A DNA stretch of 64,000 bases from the human T2T-CHM13v2.0 reference genome, Homo sapiens: assembly GCF_009914755.1 (NCBI RefSeq), contig NC_060941.1. One strand, given 5' to 3'. The first letter of the stretch is position 1; every line of letters begins with the position of its first letter. A program made the position numbers and the translations under genes. Shown here one piece after another: positions 1-13,324 of the stretch. The notes under the pieces are model-generated. The model was not told the DNA's origin and did not search any database. It saw only the letters and a list, made by a program, of their open reading frames with translations.

Positions 1-689
1 AAAAATGAAGGAGACAGACATAGTCTTATGAAATACCAGACTTCAGAATCCAGGTACAAATCCGATCCCACAATCCCATGCTGAGATGAATGTGGTTCTA
101 AATGCTCCTTTCAGAGAGTGAGTGGGACCTGCGTGGGGGCCTCACATTCTGACTGTTCCCTGCAGTCACAGCTTAAAATACTTTCATGTTATCTCCAGAA
201 ACTGTCACAGTGTCCTCCATCCTCTAATAGTTTTGCCACTGAGAGCATCGGCCACACTGCATCTCCTCTCTGCCGGACTTTAGATCCCGGTTTTTCCTTT
301 GGGGAGATGAGAACAATATGGACACCCATGGGATGCCGACTGTCCTCCCAAACTCTAGCTGTTCTTAGCCCAACCGCTCCTCTCCTGACAAAGACTTCAG
401 TGGAAAAGACGGGTCCAGGCCTGCGTCTTAACACCCTGCCCGGGGATCAGCATCAATACCACACAGCGCAGCCACCTGACGCTGAGAATGCGGTCGGGTC
501 TGGTCCACCGGAAAGGCGAGTCTATCATGAGAGAGACTCTTAGGAACATGGTCCAGGCTTTGTGGAACAGCAAGTACTCTTCACATAACTCTCTTCTCAG
601 CCGTAAGCCTCACTCCAAGTGCTGAGAAAGTGCAGCGTGCCAAAGCGGCCAGCCTCAGCCTCTGTCTTGTGTTCTCTCGTTCTTTCCAG

Positions 690-846
690 AGACAAGGCAG
701 ACAGAACGCAGACCGGCCATGTGCTGGGCAACCCGCAGCGGAGAGACGTGGTGACATGTGACCGAGGGCTGCCCCCAGTGGTCTTCCTCCTTATCCGGCT
801 ACTCACTCACTTGGCTCTGCTTCTGGGAGCGTCCCAGAGTTCCCAG
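690..846 (+). CDS. RNF213: RNF213 coding exon (about exon 56), DKADRTQTGHVLGNPQRRD...ASQSSQ
   Basis: ttccag acceptor, CAG|gtat donor; peptide matches RNF213 C-terminal region; phase fits next exon. Confidence 0.93.
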
Positions 847-1405
847 GTATAACCCAGTGCTGCCAAACAATGGGCTCAGTTAAGAACCTGCTTTCGCTTC
901 TTCCCAGGGAGTCCTTTTGTCTTGAGTCCTAGCTGCCATCTATGCGTTTTGGAGATAATTAGTCTACAAAGTAATATACAAGTTATACATCTTCATGTTT
1001 CCCCCTGTGGCGTATGATGGTATGGGGGGAACTACTCCCCAGATTATACAGAATCCACTTCAAATTAACACTCTGTGTCTCTGGTCCACATCTGGGAGTA
1101 GAGAGGCTGACATCTTCATTATTTTACCTGTGTCTTCATTGTAGCTAGGGAAGAAAGAGCACACTGCATAACCAAGATGGCCAACAGTACAATCTGGATA
1201 TTCTTTATCTCACTGTAACAACAGAAAAGCCAGCAGCCGTTCCGCTTGCTAGCCTTCCTTTCACCTGGATCACTCCGCCGTTTTCATCTTAGAAACCGCC
1301 TTCCGACTCTATGCTGGTGCTCCACTCCCAATGGCCTCTACCAGGCTCACCATCTTCTCTACAAACCAGATCCCCGCTGAACACTCTGTTCCGTTGCCCC
1401 CACAG

Positions 1406-1586
1406 GCTCTGATAAACATCATTAAGCCTCCAGTGAGGGATCCAAAAGGCTTTCTGCAGCAGCACATCCTGAAGGACCTGGAGCAGTTGGCCAAGATGCT
1501 GGGACACAGTGCCGACGAGACCATCGGCGTGGTCCACCTCGTCCTGCGCAGGGTTCTCCAAGAGCAGCACCAGCTCTCTAGCAGAA
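1406..1586 (+). CDS. RNF213: RNF213 exon (about 57), ALINIIKPPVRDPKGFLQQHILKDLEQLAKML...LSSR
   Basis: cacag acceptor, gtgagg donor, 181 nt, frame continuous. Confidence 0.95.
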
Positions 1587-2837
1587 GTGAGGAAAGGGGC
1601 AAGGGCTGGGCGGGGATCACACAGCACAACGGCAGCGCAAGCAGGCTCGCTGTCTTGTGGGCCACCCCACACACAGCCAGTCTGAGCTCTGTCTGTGCTG
1701 TTGCTGGAAAGAATGAGAGAACACACAGAGAGAAAACCGTGTCTAGGGAAGGCGATGCCTGGGGCTGGAAAAAGGAAGCACTCTGCTTGCCCAGAGGCTG
1801 GAAGGAGCTGCTCTGTTCCCTCCATTCACCCCTGCCTGGCTAAGACCTGCGGTATTCGGGAGCGTCTGCACGCAAGTGTTCAGTGTGCATATATGGGGAG
1901 TCTTCAGTTCCGAAGTCAGCCCCGTAGGTCATTCCCCTACCATGCTGGGAGCACGTGTCGTCCACACAGAGCGTGCATGTCAAAGGATCAATCACCATCA
2001 CAGTTGTGTACTGATTTATTAAATGTTTATATGTCCACAGTTATGTTAAAAAAAAAAAGCTATAAAATATTGTATTCACTGAGCTAACTTTCTATTTTAA
2101 AAATTTAAATCCATACAGAAAGAAAAGGTCTGTAAGACAACTTAGTAAAATGGTTATATGGTTATCTGTGAGTGGTGGAATTAAGAGTGATTTTCTTTTG
2201 CTAATCTGCAAAAATCACAATGACCATTGTGAGGACAATGTTAATTTAAAATAATAACAATAATAGCAAGAAGAAGTCCTGCCCCATGACAAGAAAATCT
2301 GCTCCCACCTCAGGTACTTCTTTGCCTGAAACTGGCATTCCTATTTATTTTCCATTTTGAACAATCTGATTTTATTTTAAGCCTCTTATTCTGGTGGGAT
2401 TTCAGCAAAGTGAGCACACCCAGAGTCACACTGATGAAATGACAGAATCCTGGAAGCAGGTGGACAGTTCCCGCAGCACTCCACATCTGTGTGGTCTGCC
2501 TCAGGGTTTGGGTGGCAGCAGCTGAGACGGCTGGCGGTAGCCTGGGCCACTCTTACTATTGAGCTCAAGTTCTGTTCTTTCAGTAATTTTTTTCAAAATG
2601 GGTCTAAGATTACAATTATGTAGGATAGAGGAATTTTTAGAGATTGATGTTATCTTCAAAAGGTCATTAAGTTGGTGGTAACAACAGGAACTACTTCAAA
2701 ATACTTAGATTAATTTAGAAAGCTATTACCTCAAAACGAGTGTTATTTCTATTAAACACTTATTTAGGGTTTATTATACGCAGACTGCTGTGTTCTTTGT
2801 GCCTTGGGTAACCTACACATTTGGAGTTTTTTTGTAG

Positions 2838-2929
2838 GGCTTTTAAATTTTGACACAGAATTGTCAACTAAAGAAATGAGGAACAACTGGGAAAAGGAAA
2901 TCGCAGCTGTGATTTCTCCTGAACTGGAG
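2838..2929 (+). CDS. RNF213: RNF213 exon (about 58), LLNFDTELSTKEMRNNWEKEIAAVISPELE
   Basis: tttgtag acceptor, GAG|gtaagc donor, 92 nt. Confidence 0.95.
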
Positions 2930-3535
2930 GTAAGCAGTAAGTGCTGACAGCTGGGTTGCTCCTCGGTCCAGAAAGGAAGGGTCCCGGCGTCTGCTGAATG
3001 CTCCTTGCCTGTTGCCCCTCGTAGCGGTGCCAGCAAGAGCCTTTGACTGAGCCCCAGATTCCAATGCTCCCCACCTCGAGTCACTCCATCCTCCTCCTGT
3101 CCCCAAGTGCTCTTCCCTCCTACAGCTGGTCATGAAGTCAGTCCGAGGAATTCCTGGGAATCCAGCAAGTGCAGGCAGTGTTTTTCTCTCCATTACTTTT
3201 TACAGCAGAATGTAATGTACGAGGTAGAGAAATAAACTATCACATATATACCCATTAAAAATGAACTGACAATCATAGATTAATTATTCATCTAGCAGCC
3301 AGAATGTTAGTAAGAGAAATATAGGTTTCTGAATCTCATTCTGTTTGGGGAGACATACATCTATAAACAAACAACACTGAAATTAGAAGATCAAAGGGAA
3401 TACCTGATTACATGCTCAGAGCAGGGGACAAACGCCCTAATATGCAGACACCCACTGGTGGAGTTACTGGGTGTTACAATCTGTTTGTAGCAATACCTCA
3501 CTTCCAGAATTTTTTTTTTCATTTTCTCCATCCAG

Positions 3536-3787
3536 CATCTAGATAAAACCCTTCCCACCATGAATAATCTCATCAGCCAAGATAAGCGTATCAGCTCTAA
3601 CCCTGTGGCCAAAATAATATATGGTGACCCAGTGACCTTCCTGCCCCACCTGCCCCGGAAAAGTGTGGTCCATTGCTCTAAGATTTGGAGCTGCAGGAAA
3701 AGAATTACAGTTGAGTACCTCCAGCACATTGTGGAACAGAAAAATGGCAAAGAAAGAGTGCCCATCCTCTGGCATTTCCTGCAGAAG
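3536..3787 (+). CDS. RNF213: RNF213 exon (about 59), HLDKTLPTMNNLISQDKRISSNPVAK...WHFLQK
   Basis: tccag acceptor, AAG|gtatgt donor, 252 nt = 84 codons. Confidence 0.96.
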
Positions 3788-4897
3788 GTATGTCTGGCTT
3801 ACTGTGGCTCCCTCCCTCTTTCGGTGCAGAGTTCCCCAGCAGGCCTGAAGGCCCTGGGCTTTTACGTAGTATAATCATTCTTAACAGACTATTCCAGTGC
3901 TTTGGTTTTGAATAGGATGTAGCAGAAGACTCAGGGCTAGAGATCTTCATACATATCAAACTGTATGATTGCCAGAAGCGTAAAGTCACAGACGAAATAC
4001 ACACCCACGTTGGGATTAGCAGTGACCTGTGGGGAAGCTGGAGGCCAGGAGAGGACCTCCCCTCATCACTCAGCCAGACAGAAAAGGATGCAGCTCTTTC
4101 CCAGCCGCTCTGTTCCTCTCTGTCCACAATGCTGGAGCATGGGCAGATCAAACAAAACTCCTCCCTGTGCCTAAGCATCGAGGCGTACGTGGAAGACGGG
4201 AGTGAGTGGGTGTGTGCCGGCGGTGCTGGGGTACTGGGGAGCAGTCAAGTGTACTGGCCACATCTGTTGGAATTGGAAATATACTTTCCTAACTTTCACC
4301 CATTTGCACTTTCATTTTCTACAACACATTGTCTAAACATTTCTCTCCATGGACTATTATTTGCTGTCTAGCAAGGATGAAGACGAGTTGGAAACTTCTG
4401 TTGGTCAGTTGAGGAGTATGAGTTCACAATGACAGGAAGGACTTCCTGTCAATACTGTGGCCTCTCTCTCAGATGCAGTTTCACTACGTCGAAGATGCTT
4501 AGATCCTAGGTCTTCGGAAGGACACCCAGGAATAAGGCCAGCCCTCGCTGCCTAAGCTCTGGGTCTCTTCTTTCAGCAGCTTCTCTCCGTACCCAGCCAG
4601 TTACATGGGCCCAAGGGACAGATTTCCTTCATCAGCCTTTGATGGACGCGGCTGATGCATCAGCTCCATAGAGGCTGGGCTCCCTCTTCGCCGCCCTCCA
4701 TTTCTAGCACACTGCACTGTCTGTAGACTTGTGGGAAGAACTTTTCCCGTTTTCAAGCTCCACGCTGCATCACAGGAAATGACACTGACCAGATTAAGCT
4801 ACAAATACAAGTCTCGCAGCCAGTCTCAAAGTCTGTAACCCCAATAACATTTTTTAGGTAAATAAAAATTGTTACTGGGTGGTCTTCCCTTCTCCAG

Positions 4898-5030
4898 GAA
4901 GCAGAGCTGAGGCTGGTAAAGTTCCTGCCTGAGATTTTGGCCTTGCAAAGGGATCTAGTGAAGCAGTTCCAGAACGTCCAGCAAGTTGAATACAGCTCCA
5001 TCAGAGGCTTCCTCAGCAAGCACAGCTCAG
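4898..5030 (+). CDS. RNF213: RNF213 exon 60, EAELRLVKFLPEIL...YSSIRGFLSKHSS; R4810 codon AGA at 5003-5005
   Basis: ctccag acceptor, CAG|gtgtgg donor; counting back from the C-terminus of the 5207-aa protein places 4810 at YSSI-R. Confidence 0.95.
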
Positions 5031-5396
5031 GTGTGGCTCTGCTCTGACAGGACCAGGACTGTCCCGCATTTGGCGGTTCGAAAGGATCACTGCATAGGGG
5101 AACAGGGTGGGGCGGAGGGGAGGAGGCGCTGATGGGTGCTCTATAGCCTAAGCCCTTACCATGCGGTGAAGGGTGCTTGAACCCCAAAAACATATTAGAA
5201 GCTTTCGCCACAGCTGAAAAGCACCTCCCTCTCTAGCTCCTCAAACTCGGCTCACTCCTTCAAACAGCACCTCAGACATGCTTGTGACTGCACAAAGCAG
5301 GAAAGATGGGCTCTCGGCAGAGCATGTAACTAGGGTGGTTTGGCCCTTTCAGGGGGTTGCTATCATATGGTTCTTACCAAGTATTCTGTTCAACAG

Positions 5397-5480
5397 ATGG
5401 GTTGAGGCAGCTGCTTCACAACAGGATCACAGTCTTTCTGTCCACATGGAACAAACTGAGGAGATCGCTTGAGACGAACG
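5397..5480 (+). CDS. RNF213: RNF213 exon (about 61), [28 protein letters not shown]
   Basis: caacag acceptor, gttagt donor, 84 nt, phase 1/1. Confidence 0.94.
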
Positions 5481-5485
5481 GTTAG

Positions 5486-5824
<339 letters not shown>

Positions 5825-6108
5825 AGCACTGTTAACGCTTAACTTGTGTCTCTTTTGATGGTGGTGTCTGGATAAGTAAAATAATGTGTCAGGAAAATAA
5901 ACCCTCAGTACTCTTCAGTCCCTAAATATGGCATCAAAAGGGAGCTGAAAGCATTTGAAACTCTATCAGCATATGAGATGGGGCAGAACCGAGACCCGGC
6001 TCCCGGCTGTGTGTGGAGCTGATGGCTTCTGCATCCCTCCTCCCCACGCCTAGATTCTGTGAGGAGTTGGAACTCCTCTCTGCTTAAGCATAACCCTGTC
6101 GTTTAAAG

Positions 6109-6289
6109 GTGAGATCAACCTACCCAAAGACTACTGCAGCACTGACTTGGATCTGGACACTGAGTTTGAGATCCTCTTGCCACGCCGACGGGGCCTGGGC
6201 CTCTGTGCTACCGCTCTCGTCAGCTACTTGATTCGCCTACACAATGAAATTGTCTACGCCGTGGAAAAACTCTCCAAGGAAAACAACAG
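6109..6289 (+). CDS. RNF213: RNF213 exon (about 62), GEINLPKDYCSTDLDLDTEFEILLPRRRG...KENN
   Basis: taaag acceptor, CAG|gtttgt donor, 181 nt. Confidence 0.94.
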
Positions 6290-6548
6290 GTTTGTGCACG
6301 AGCCACCAGGAAGTGGTGCCTGCTCAGCCCAGAGTCCCTAAGCCCAGTGGGGCAGACACAAGCAAGCTTCAGCCCCTTCCCTAACAGACACTCACTCCTT
6401 CAGCCGCCCCCACCAGTGACCCGCCCCATACTTGGGTAGGGTTTTCCACTGCTCCAACTGTGAGAAATGGGAGCCTGCTCCCTGCAACATAGAGCCCTAG
6501 GCCCGCATGCCTGGCCTGGACGCTGAGCGCTGTCTTTCTGCCCCTCAG

Positions 6549-6750
6549 CTATTCCGTGGATGCCGCCGAGGTCACTGAACTGCATGTCATCAGTTATGAA
6601 GTGGAGCGGGACCTGACTCCACTGATTCTCTCCAACTGCCAGTACCAGGTGGAGGAGGGCAGAGAGACCGTGCAGGAGTTCGATCTGGAGAAGATTCAGC
6701 GGCAGATCGTCAGCCGCTTCCTCCAGGGCAAGCCCCGGCTGAGCCTCAAG
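6549..6750 (+). CDS. RNF213: RNF213 exon (about 63), SYSVDAAEVTELHVISYEVERDL...KPRLSLK
   Basis: cctcag acceptor, AAG|gtaggg donor, 202 nt. Confidence 0.95.
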
Positions 6751-6989
6751 GTAGGGCTGACTCCTGCCACTGCTGCTCATTTGGTGTGTCTGTTGTGAAC
6801 AAGCAGCCCTTGGTGTGTTTCTCGAGAGAGGGAAGCAGCACCTCACCCTGCAGTCTGGTCTGTATCTCCTCCCTCACACCTGCAGCTCCCGAGGCCACCA
6901 CGCCACCTGTATCTCCGGGCCGCAGGGCTCTCCTGAGCCCTCTCCTGCAGGGCCATCTGCACCTCAGTCCCCCAAGGAACTGTTGAGGT

Positions 6990-7265
6990 CTTTTTTTGAA
7001 ACAGGGTCTCACTCTGTCACCGAGGCTGCAGGGCAGTGGTGCCAAGCCTCCACCTCTGGGCTCAAGCGATCCTCTCACATCAGCTTCCCAAATAGCTGAG
7101 ATCACAAGTGTGCACCACCATGCCCAGCTAATTTGTGTATTTTTTGGTAGAGATGGGGCTTCACCACGTTGCCCGGCTGGTCTCGAACTCTTGGGATCAA
7201 GGGATCCACCCGCCTAGGCCTCCCAAAGTGCTGGGATTATAGGCGTGAGCCACTGCACCCAGCTG
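6990..7265 (-). mobile_element. Alu (AluJ-like)
   Basis: antisense Alu consensus motifs. Confidence 0.85.
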
Positions 7266-7812
7266 ATTGTTGAGGTCTTGATTCTACCAGTTAATGGCAC
7301 CACCACCCCCACAGCCCCTCTTCCTTCAGCCTCCATGGGTAACCTGCCAGCAGATGCCATTAGCTGTGCCTTGTGTGTGTCCTCACCTGACTGCCAAAGC
7401 CCACCCTGTAGTTAAAAGCATCCTGTACGTTGGACTGCTAGCCACTCCTAACTGGTGCCCACCTCCAGGTTCTTCAGTCCACCGCCTAAAACCCACATCT
7501 GGCTCTCTTCATCCTGTGCCGGATGGACCTGCCTGGCCTCTCATGGCATATGGGATAAAGCCGACACTCTGTTGTCTGGTATGGGAGGCCCTGTAGCTCG
7601 GCCCAGCCCAACCTTCCAGCCCTGCCTCCAGCCACTTAGCCCATTTCCCTGAACTGCATCCCGTGACCTCATGCACTGAAGCCACACAGCAGGCACTTTC
7701 CCATCTCTGTTCTTTGACTGGACGCACTTGTTCCTTCCAGCTGCAGTCATATCTACTGTACTTATGTACGGTACCACCCGCAACTGGGCCAGGAACTGTG
7801 AGAGCCCATGGA

Positions 7813-8084
7813 TTTTTTTTTTTTTTTTTTTTTTTGAGACGGAGTCTCGCTCTGTCACCCAGGCTGGATTGCAGTGGCGCAATCTCAGCTTGCTGCAAGC
7901 TCCACCTCCCGGGTTCACTCATGCCATTCTCCTGCCGCAGCCTCCCGAGTAGCTGGGACTACAGGCGCCCGCCACCATGCCCGGCTAATTTTTTTGTATT
8001 TTTAGTAGAGACGGGGTTTCACCATGTTAGCCAGGATGGTCTCGATCTCTTGACTTCGTGATCTGCCCGTCTCTGCCTCCCAAA
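7813..8084 (-). mobile_element. Alu (AluY-like)
   Basis: poly-T then gagacggagtctcgc; gcaagctcc and ttagccaggatggtctcgatct diagnostic. Confidence 0.88.
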
Positions 8085-8469
8085 GGCTGTTTTTAATTCA
8101 TTCTCACAGCCATTTCCTCTGGCAGAGTGACTGCCTGTGCATGGTCTGTGCCTTTAGTGGCTGAATGAATAAATGAATGGGATATGCACAAATACCTGTT
8201 GCCCTAGCGCCTCCTGTGGCGAAGCAGGCCACGATGATGTGACAATATCTTGTCATGTAATTGGCTGTGAGGACTCCGCTGGATTCCCGGTTGTGTTACT
8301 ATTTCCATAGATGGTGGGTTAATGACAGAGAGGGGCGCTCTTAGCCAAGGGATACACTGGGCAGCGCGGCACTACGCTGCAGTTTTCCGGCTGCAGATTC
8401 TGTTTGTCATCTGCTGGAAATGTCCACGATGGATTTAATTTTAAAAAACTTTTTTCTTTCCCAATTTAG

Positions 8470-8547
8470 GGAATACCCACTCTGGTGTACAGACACGACT
8501 GGAACTATGAACATCTCTTTATGGACATCAAGAACAAAATGGCACAG
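8470..8547 (+). CDS. RNF213: RNF213 exon (about 64), GIPTLVYRHDWNYEHLFMDIKNKMAQ
   Basis: atttag acceptor, CAG|gtgatc donor, 78 nt. Confidence 0.94.
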
Positions 8548-9030
8548 GTGATCCCGATAAACCTGATCCTGTGCACGGGGCTTTCTGCCTTCTCAGTGTG
8601 TTTCCCTCCGTGTTAGGCCTACTCCAGCCTTGCCCCGGGTGTTTGCTGTGAGCCCACAGTTTCTGCGGCCTCCCTTACAGAGAGCAAGCAAGACAGCAAA
8701 TCAGCAAGGTTTCTTGTAGAGTAAAAGCAGATTGACATCTTGTGGGTTTGATTCTTAGGAATGATGTTGATGCATGGCCATGCCTGCTGAAGCGGGAAGT
8801 CCATGGAACCGATTTGTTCCTGCTCTCCGCATGCGGGTACTGATAGGTAGACCTGTGTGTCTCCATGGCCTCCAGGAACTGCCTGCACACCGTGCGCCCA
8901 AGTGTCAGCTGTTAGAGAGTTGGCCCCCCGCATGTGGCTTGGGCAGTGAAGGGGCTCGGCTCTCTTACCAGGTGGTGAGATGCCAGAAACCCAGCCCACA
9001 GACATCCCTCTCCTGCTTTTCATTTCCCAG

Positions 9031-9225
9031 GACTCCCTCCCCAGCTCGGTCATTAGTGCCATCAGTGGACAGCTGCAGTCCTACAGCGATGCCTGTGAAG
9101 TGCTGTCTGTCATAGAAGTCACTCTGGGGTTTCTGAGCACAGCTGGTGGGGATCCAAACATGCAGCTGAATGTGTATACTCAAGACATCCTGCAAATGGG
9201 TGATCAGACGATTCACGTGTTAAAG
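9031..9225 (+). CDS. RNF213: RNF213 exon (about 65), DSLPSSVISAISGQLQSYSDACEVL...IHVLK
   Basis: tcccag acceptor, AAG|gtgggt donor, 195 nt. Confidence 0.95.
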
Positions 9226-9685
9226 GTGGGTCTCACACCGAAAAGGAAATCAGCACAGCCCCTCACCCTGGTCTCCTGCTTCCCGCGAGGGATAGGAGCA
9301 TTCAGGGAGTGCCACTCTAGGCGCTCCTGAAAAGGATGGGGAGACAAGAACAACTGCTCACCCAGTCAGTCCAGCATAAACAGGACACACCAGGGACAGT
9401 AGAGACAGACACGCGCTAGAAATGCCAGCAGTCTAGATAGAGCCCAAATGTGACTGAGTACATGAGGCCCCTGCAAACAGCGTGATGTGAGCGGGCTGTG
9501 AGGTGCCGCAGGAGGGAACTGGTAGATAGGACAGAGATGGCCTTCACAAGGAGGGAGATCACATTAGTACAGGGCAGAACGAAGAGAAGAATGCCTGTGT
9601 GGAGAGCACTCAGGCTCCCTGGTGCACGACATGAGTGGGGGTGTGAGACCTCAGCCCCCACTCAGGAATTCTATTCCTTCTGCAG

Positions 9686-9775
9686 GCCTTAAACAGATGC
9701 CAGTTAAAACACACCATTGCCCTCTGGCAGTTCCTGTCTGCTCATAAGTCTGAACAGCTGCTGCGGCTGCACAAA
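9686..9775 (+). CDS. RNF213: RNF213 exon (about 66), ALNRCQLKHTIALWQFLSAHKSEQLLRLHK
   Basis: ctgcag acceptor, AAA|gtaagt donor, 90 nt. Confidence 0.95.
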
Positions 9776-9869
9776 GTAAGTCTGGTCTCTTCCTCTCTGC
9801 TGGACAGAGGGACTGCGCTCCCTTCTCCCTGCAGGCTTTAATGCTTCATTTGCTCTTCCGTCGTTTTAG

Positions 9870-10054
9870 GAGCCATTTGGGGAAATCAGTTCAAGGTACA
9901 AAGCGGATCTGAGCCCGGAAAATGCTAAGCTCCTCAGCACATTCCTAAATCAGACTGGCCTAGACGCCTTCCTGCTAGAGCTGCACGAAATGATAATCTT
10001 GAAACTAAAGAACCCCCAAACCCAAACCGAGGAGCGCTTCCGCCCTCAGTGGAG
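9870..10054 (+). CDS. RNF213: RNF213 exon (about 67), [22 protein letters not shown]...ERFRPQW
   Basis: ttttag acceptor, GAG|gtatgg donor, 185 nt. Confidence 0.95.
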
Positions 10055-10251
10055 GTATGGATTTGCACACCTATGGGGCGGGGCAGACACAATGTTGTGC
10101 TGTCTCTCCTGTGATCTTCTATAGACACAAAAATAGTTCTTTTCTTACCACAGAATCCCATTTCCTGCTTTTTGTCATTACCAGGGCACCTGAGGACTGG
10201 CTTTTTGGTTTTAATCTCTACTGGGTTTTCTTTAAGCAATTACACAAGTGT

Positions 10252-10555
10252 TTTTCAGACAAGAGTCTTGCCCTGTTACCCAGGCTGGAGTGCAGTGGAG
10301 TAATCTCAACTCACTGCAACCTTGGCTCACTGCAACCTCTGCCTCCCAGGTTCAAGCGAGTCTCATGCCTCAGCTTCCCAAATAGCTGGGACTACAGGCG
10401 TGTACCACCATGCCTGGCTAATTTTTGTATTTTTAGTAGAGACAGAGTTTCACTGTGTTGGCCAGGCTGGTCTCGAACTCCTGGCCTGAAATGATCTGCC
10501 CGCTTTGGCCTCTCAAAGTGCTAGAATGAAAAGGCGTGAGCCACTACACCCAGCC
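10252..10555 (-). mobile_element. Alu (AluS-like)
   Basis: antisense Alu consensus. Confidence 0.88.
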
Positions 10556-10637
10556 TAAAAGTCATATATTCTAATTTTAACAAGTAGACTATGTCAAAGA
10601 GAGGTACATTTTAAATTTGATAGAAAAAGCTATCCTA

Positions 10638-10947
<310 letters not shown>

Positions 10948-11137
10948 CTATACCAATGTATAAAGAGTGTATGAGAATACTCAACATTGGATATTATCCA
11001 TCTTTTACATAGTTGCCAATCTAAAGGCCAAAATGGTATCTCATTTTCAGTTGTATTTCCCCATTTACCGTGAGGCTGAACATGTTTTTTATATTTATCA
11101 CCCATTTGTATATCATCCTCTGAATTGCCTTTATGTT

Positions 11138-11397
11138 TTATTTTTTGAGACCGTGTCTCACTCCCACCCAAGCTGGAGTGCAGTGGCGCAATCTTGGCTT
11201 AGTGCAACCGCTGCCTTCTGGGTTCAATCGATTCTCCTGCCTTAGCCTCCCTAGTAGCTGGGATTACAGGTGCCAACCATCACGCCCAGCTAATTTTTTC
11301 TATTTTAGTACAGAGACGGGGTTTCTCCACGTGGCCAGGCTGGTCTCGAGCTCCTGACCTCAAGTGATTCACAAGCTTTGGCCACCACACCCAGCCT
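11138..11397 (-). mobile_element. Alu, next to an old L1 fragment (about 10960-11130)
   Basis: antisense Alu consensus. Confidence 0.85.
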
Positions 11398-11609
11398 AAA
11401 TTACCTCTTCGTATCTTTTTCTTTTGCGCTTTGTCTCTGTAATGGTTGTGAGAGCTCTTTGCATAGAACAGGGGTTCATCTTCTCTGCCGTGTGCCACAG
11501 TGCTCTATTTCAGCCTTTAATTTTATGAAGTCAAATCTGACAGAATTTTCCTATAAAGGGTCTCTATACAAAAACACTTACTAGGATCTTCCTTATCCCA
11601 GGATTATAA

Positions 11610-11923
<314 letters not shown>

Positions 11924-12439
11924 TGTCCTCTCTCTTCTTGTGCTTTCACATACTTGTTTTATTCACCAGTTTATGTTTAGGTGTAAAGTAAGGATTTAAC
12001 TTGATGTTTTCCTGACTAGATCATCAAACTCCAGTCTTCCTCACCAATATGTTTCCTATTTGCTATCTTCCTCCATTATGCTATGTGGCATATACCATAT
12101 ACATTTATGTTCTTTCAACTTTTTCAACAAGTCTTTACTAGCCTGTGCTTTTCATGTAGATAAAAAAGATCCCTTTCCTAGAGAATTTCCAGTCTTTGTT
12201 AATGTGAAACATGTAATAGAATACAAGGTTTTTTGAATGGTGAGGCCTTGTTTATGCAACCCTGTAAATAAACATCACCTTGCTAGAGGGCCTAAAGTCA
12301 TGTGAAGGGGCCAGCACAGGGCTTGCTCCGTGGGCTTCTGTCGTGTTTGTGTACTGCATGTGGGAAGCAGCAGTCAGGCACCAGAGCCTTGAACCCAGGA
12401 TGCTAGTCCCAGTTCAGGAGCTCAGGTCATTGACCTTAA

Positions 12440-12744
<305 letters not shown>

Positions 12745-12843
12745 TAGGATTTTAAGTCTTAACGAGCATTTTGGTTCTGCTGATGACAACGGGAAAAAGT
12801 AACATGAGGGGACTGATTGGTCCCCTTATGTTATATGGGAGCC

Positions 12844-13130
12844 TTTTTTTTTGAGACAGGATCTCACTGTGGCCCAGGCTGGAGTGCAGTTGTGCAATCT
12901 CAGCTCGCTGTAGCCTCCACCTCCTGGACTCAAGTGGTCCTCCCACCTCAGCCTCCTGAGTAGCTTCGGACTATAGGCATACACCACCACGTGCCCAGCT
13001 AATTTTTGTATTTTTGCTAGAGACAGGGTTTCGCCATGTTGCCCAGGCTGGTCTTGAACTCCTGACCTCCACTGACCCACCCACCTCAGCCTCCCACAGT
13101 GCTGGGCTTACACACGTGAGCCACCATGCT
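12844..13130 (-). mobile_element. Alu (AluJ-like) ending about 40 nt before the last RNF213 acceptor
   Basis: antisense Alu consensus. Confidence 0.85.
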
Positions 13131-13170
13131 GAGGAGACTGTTTTAAATGCTCTCTTCTTTGGTTTTTCAG

Positions 13171-13324
13171 CCTGAGAGACACTCTCGTAAGTTACATGCA
13201 AACTAAAGAAAGTGAAATTCTTCCTGAAATGGCATCTCAGTTCCCAGAAGAGATACTGCTCGCCAGCTGTGTCTCAGTGTGGAAAACAGCTGCTGTGCTG
13301 AAATGGAATCGAGAAATGAGATAG
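13171..13324 (+). CDS. RNF213: RNF213 terminal coding exon (about 68), [11 protein letters not shown]...KWNREMR*
   Basis: tttcag acceptor; TAG at 13322-13324; known C-terminus of RNF213 (AAA+ ATPase/E3 ligase). Confidence 0.96.

Noticed and set aside
5003-5005. Moyamoya allele R4810K
   Set aside because: Codon is AGA (Arg), not AAA.
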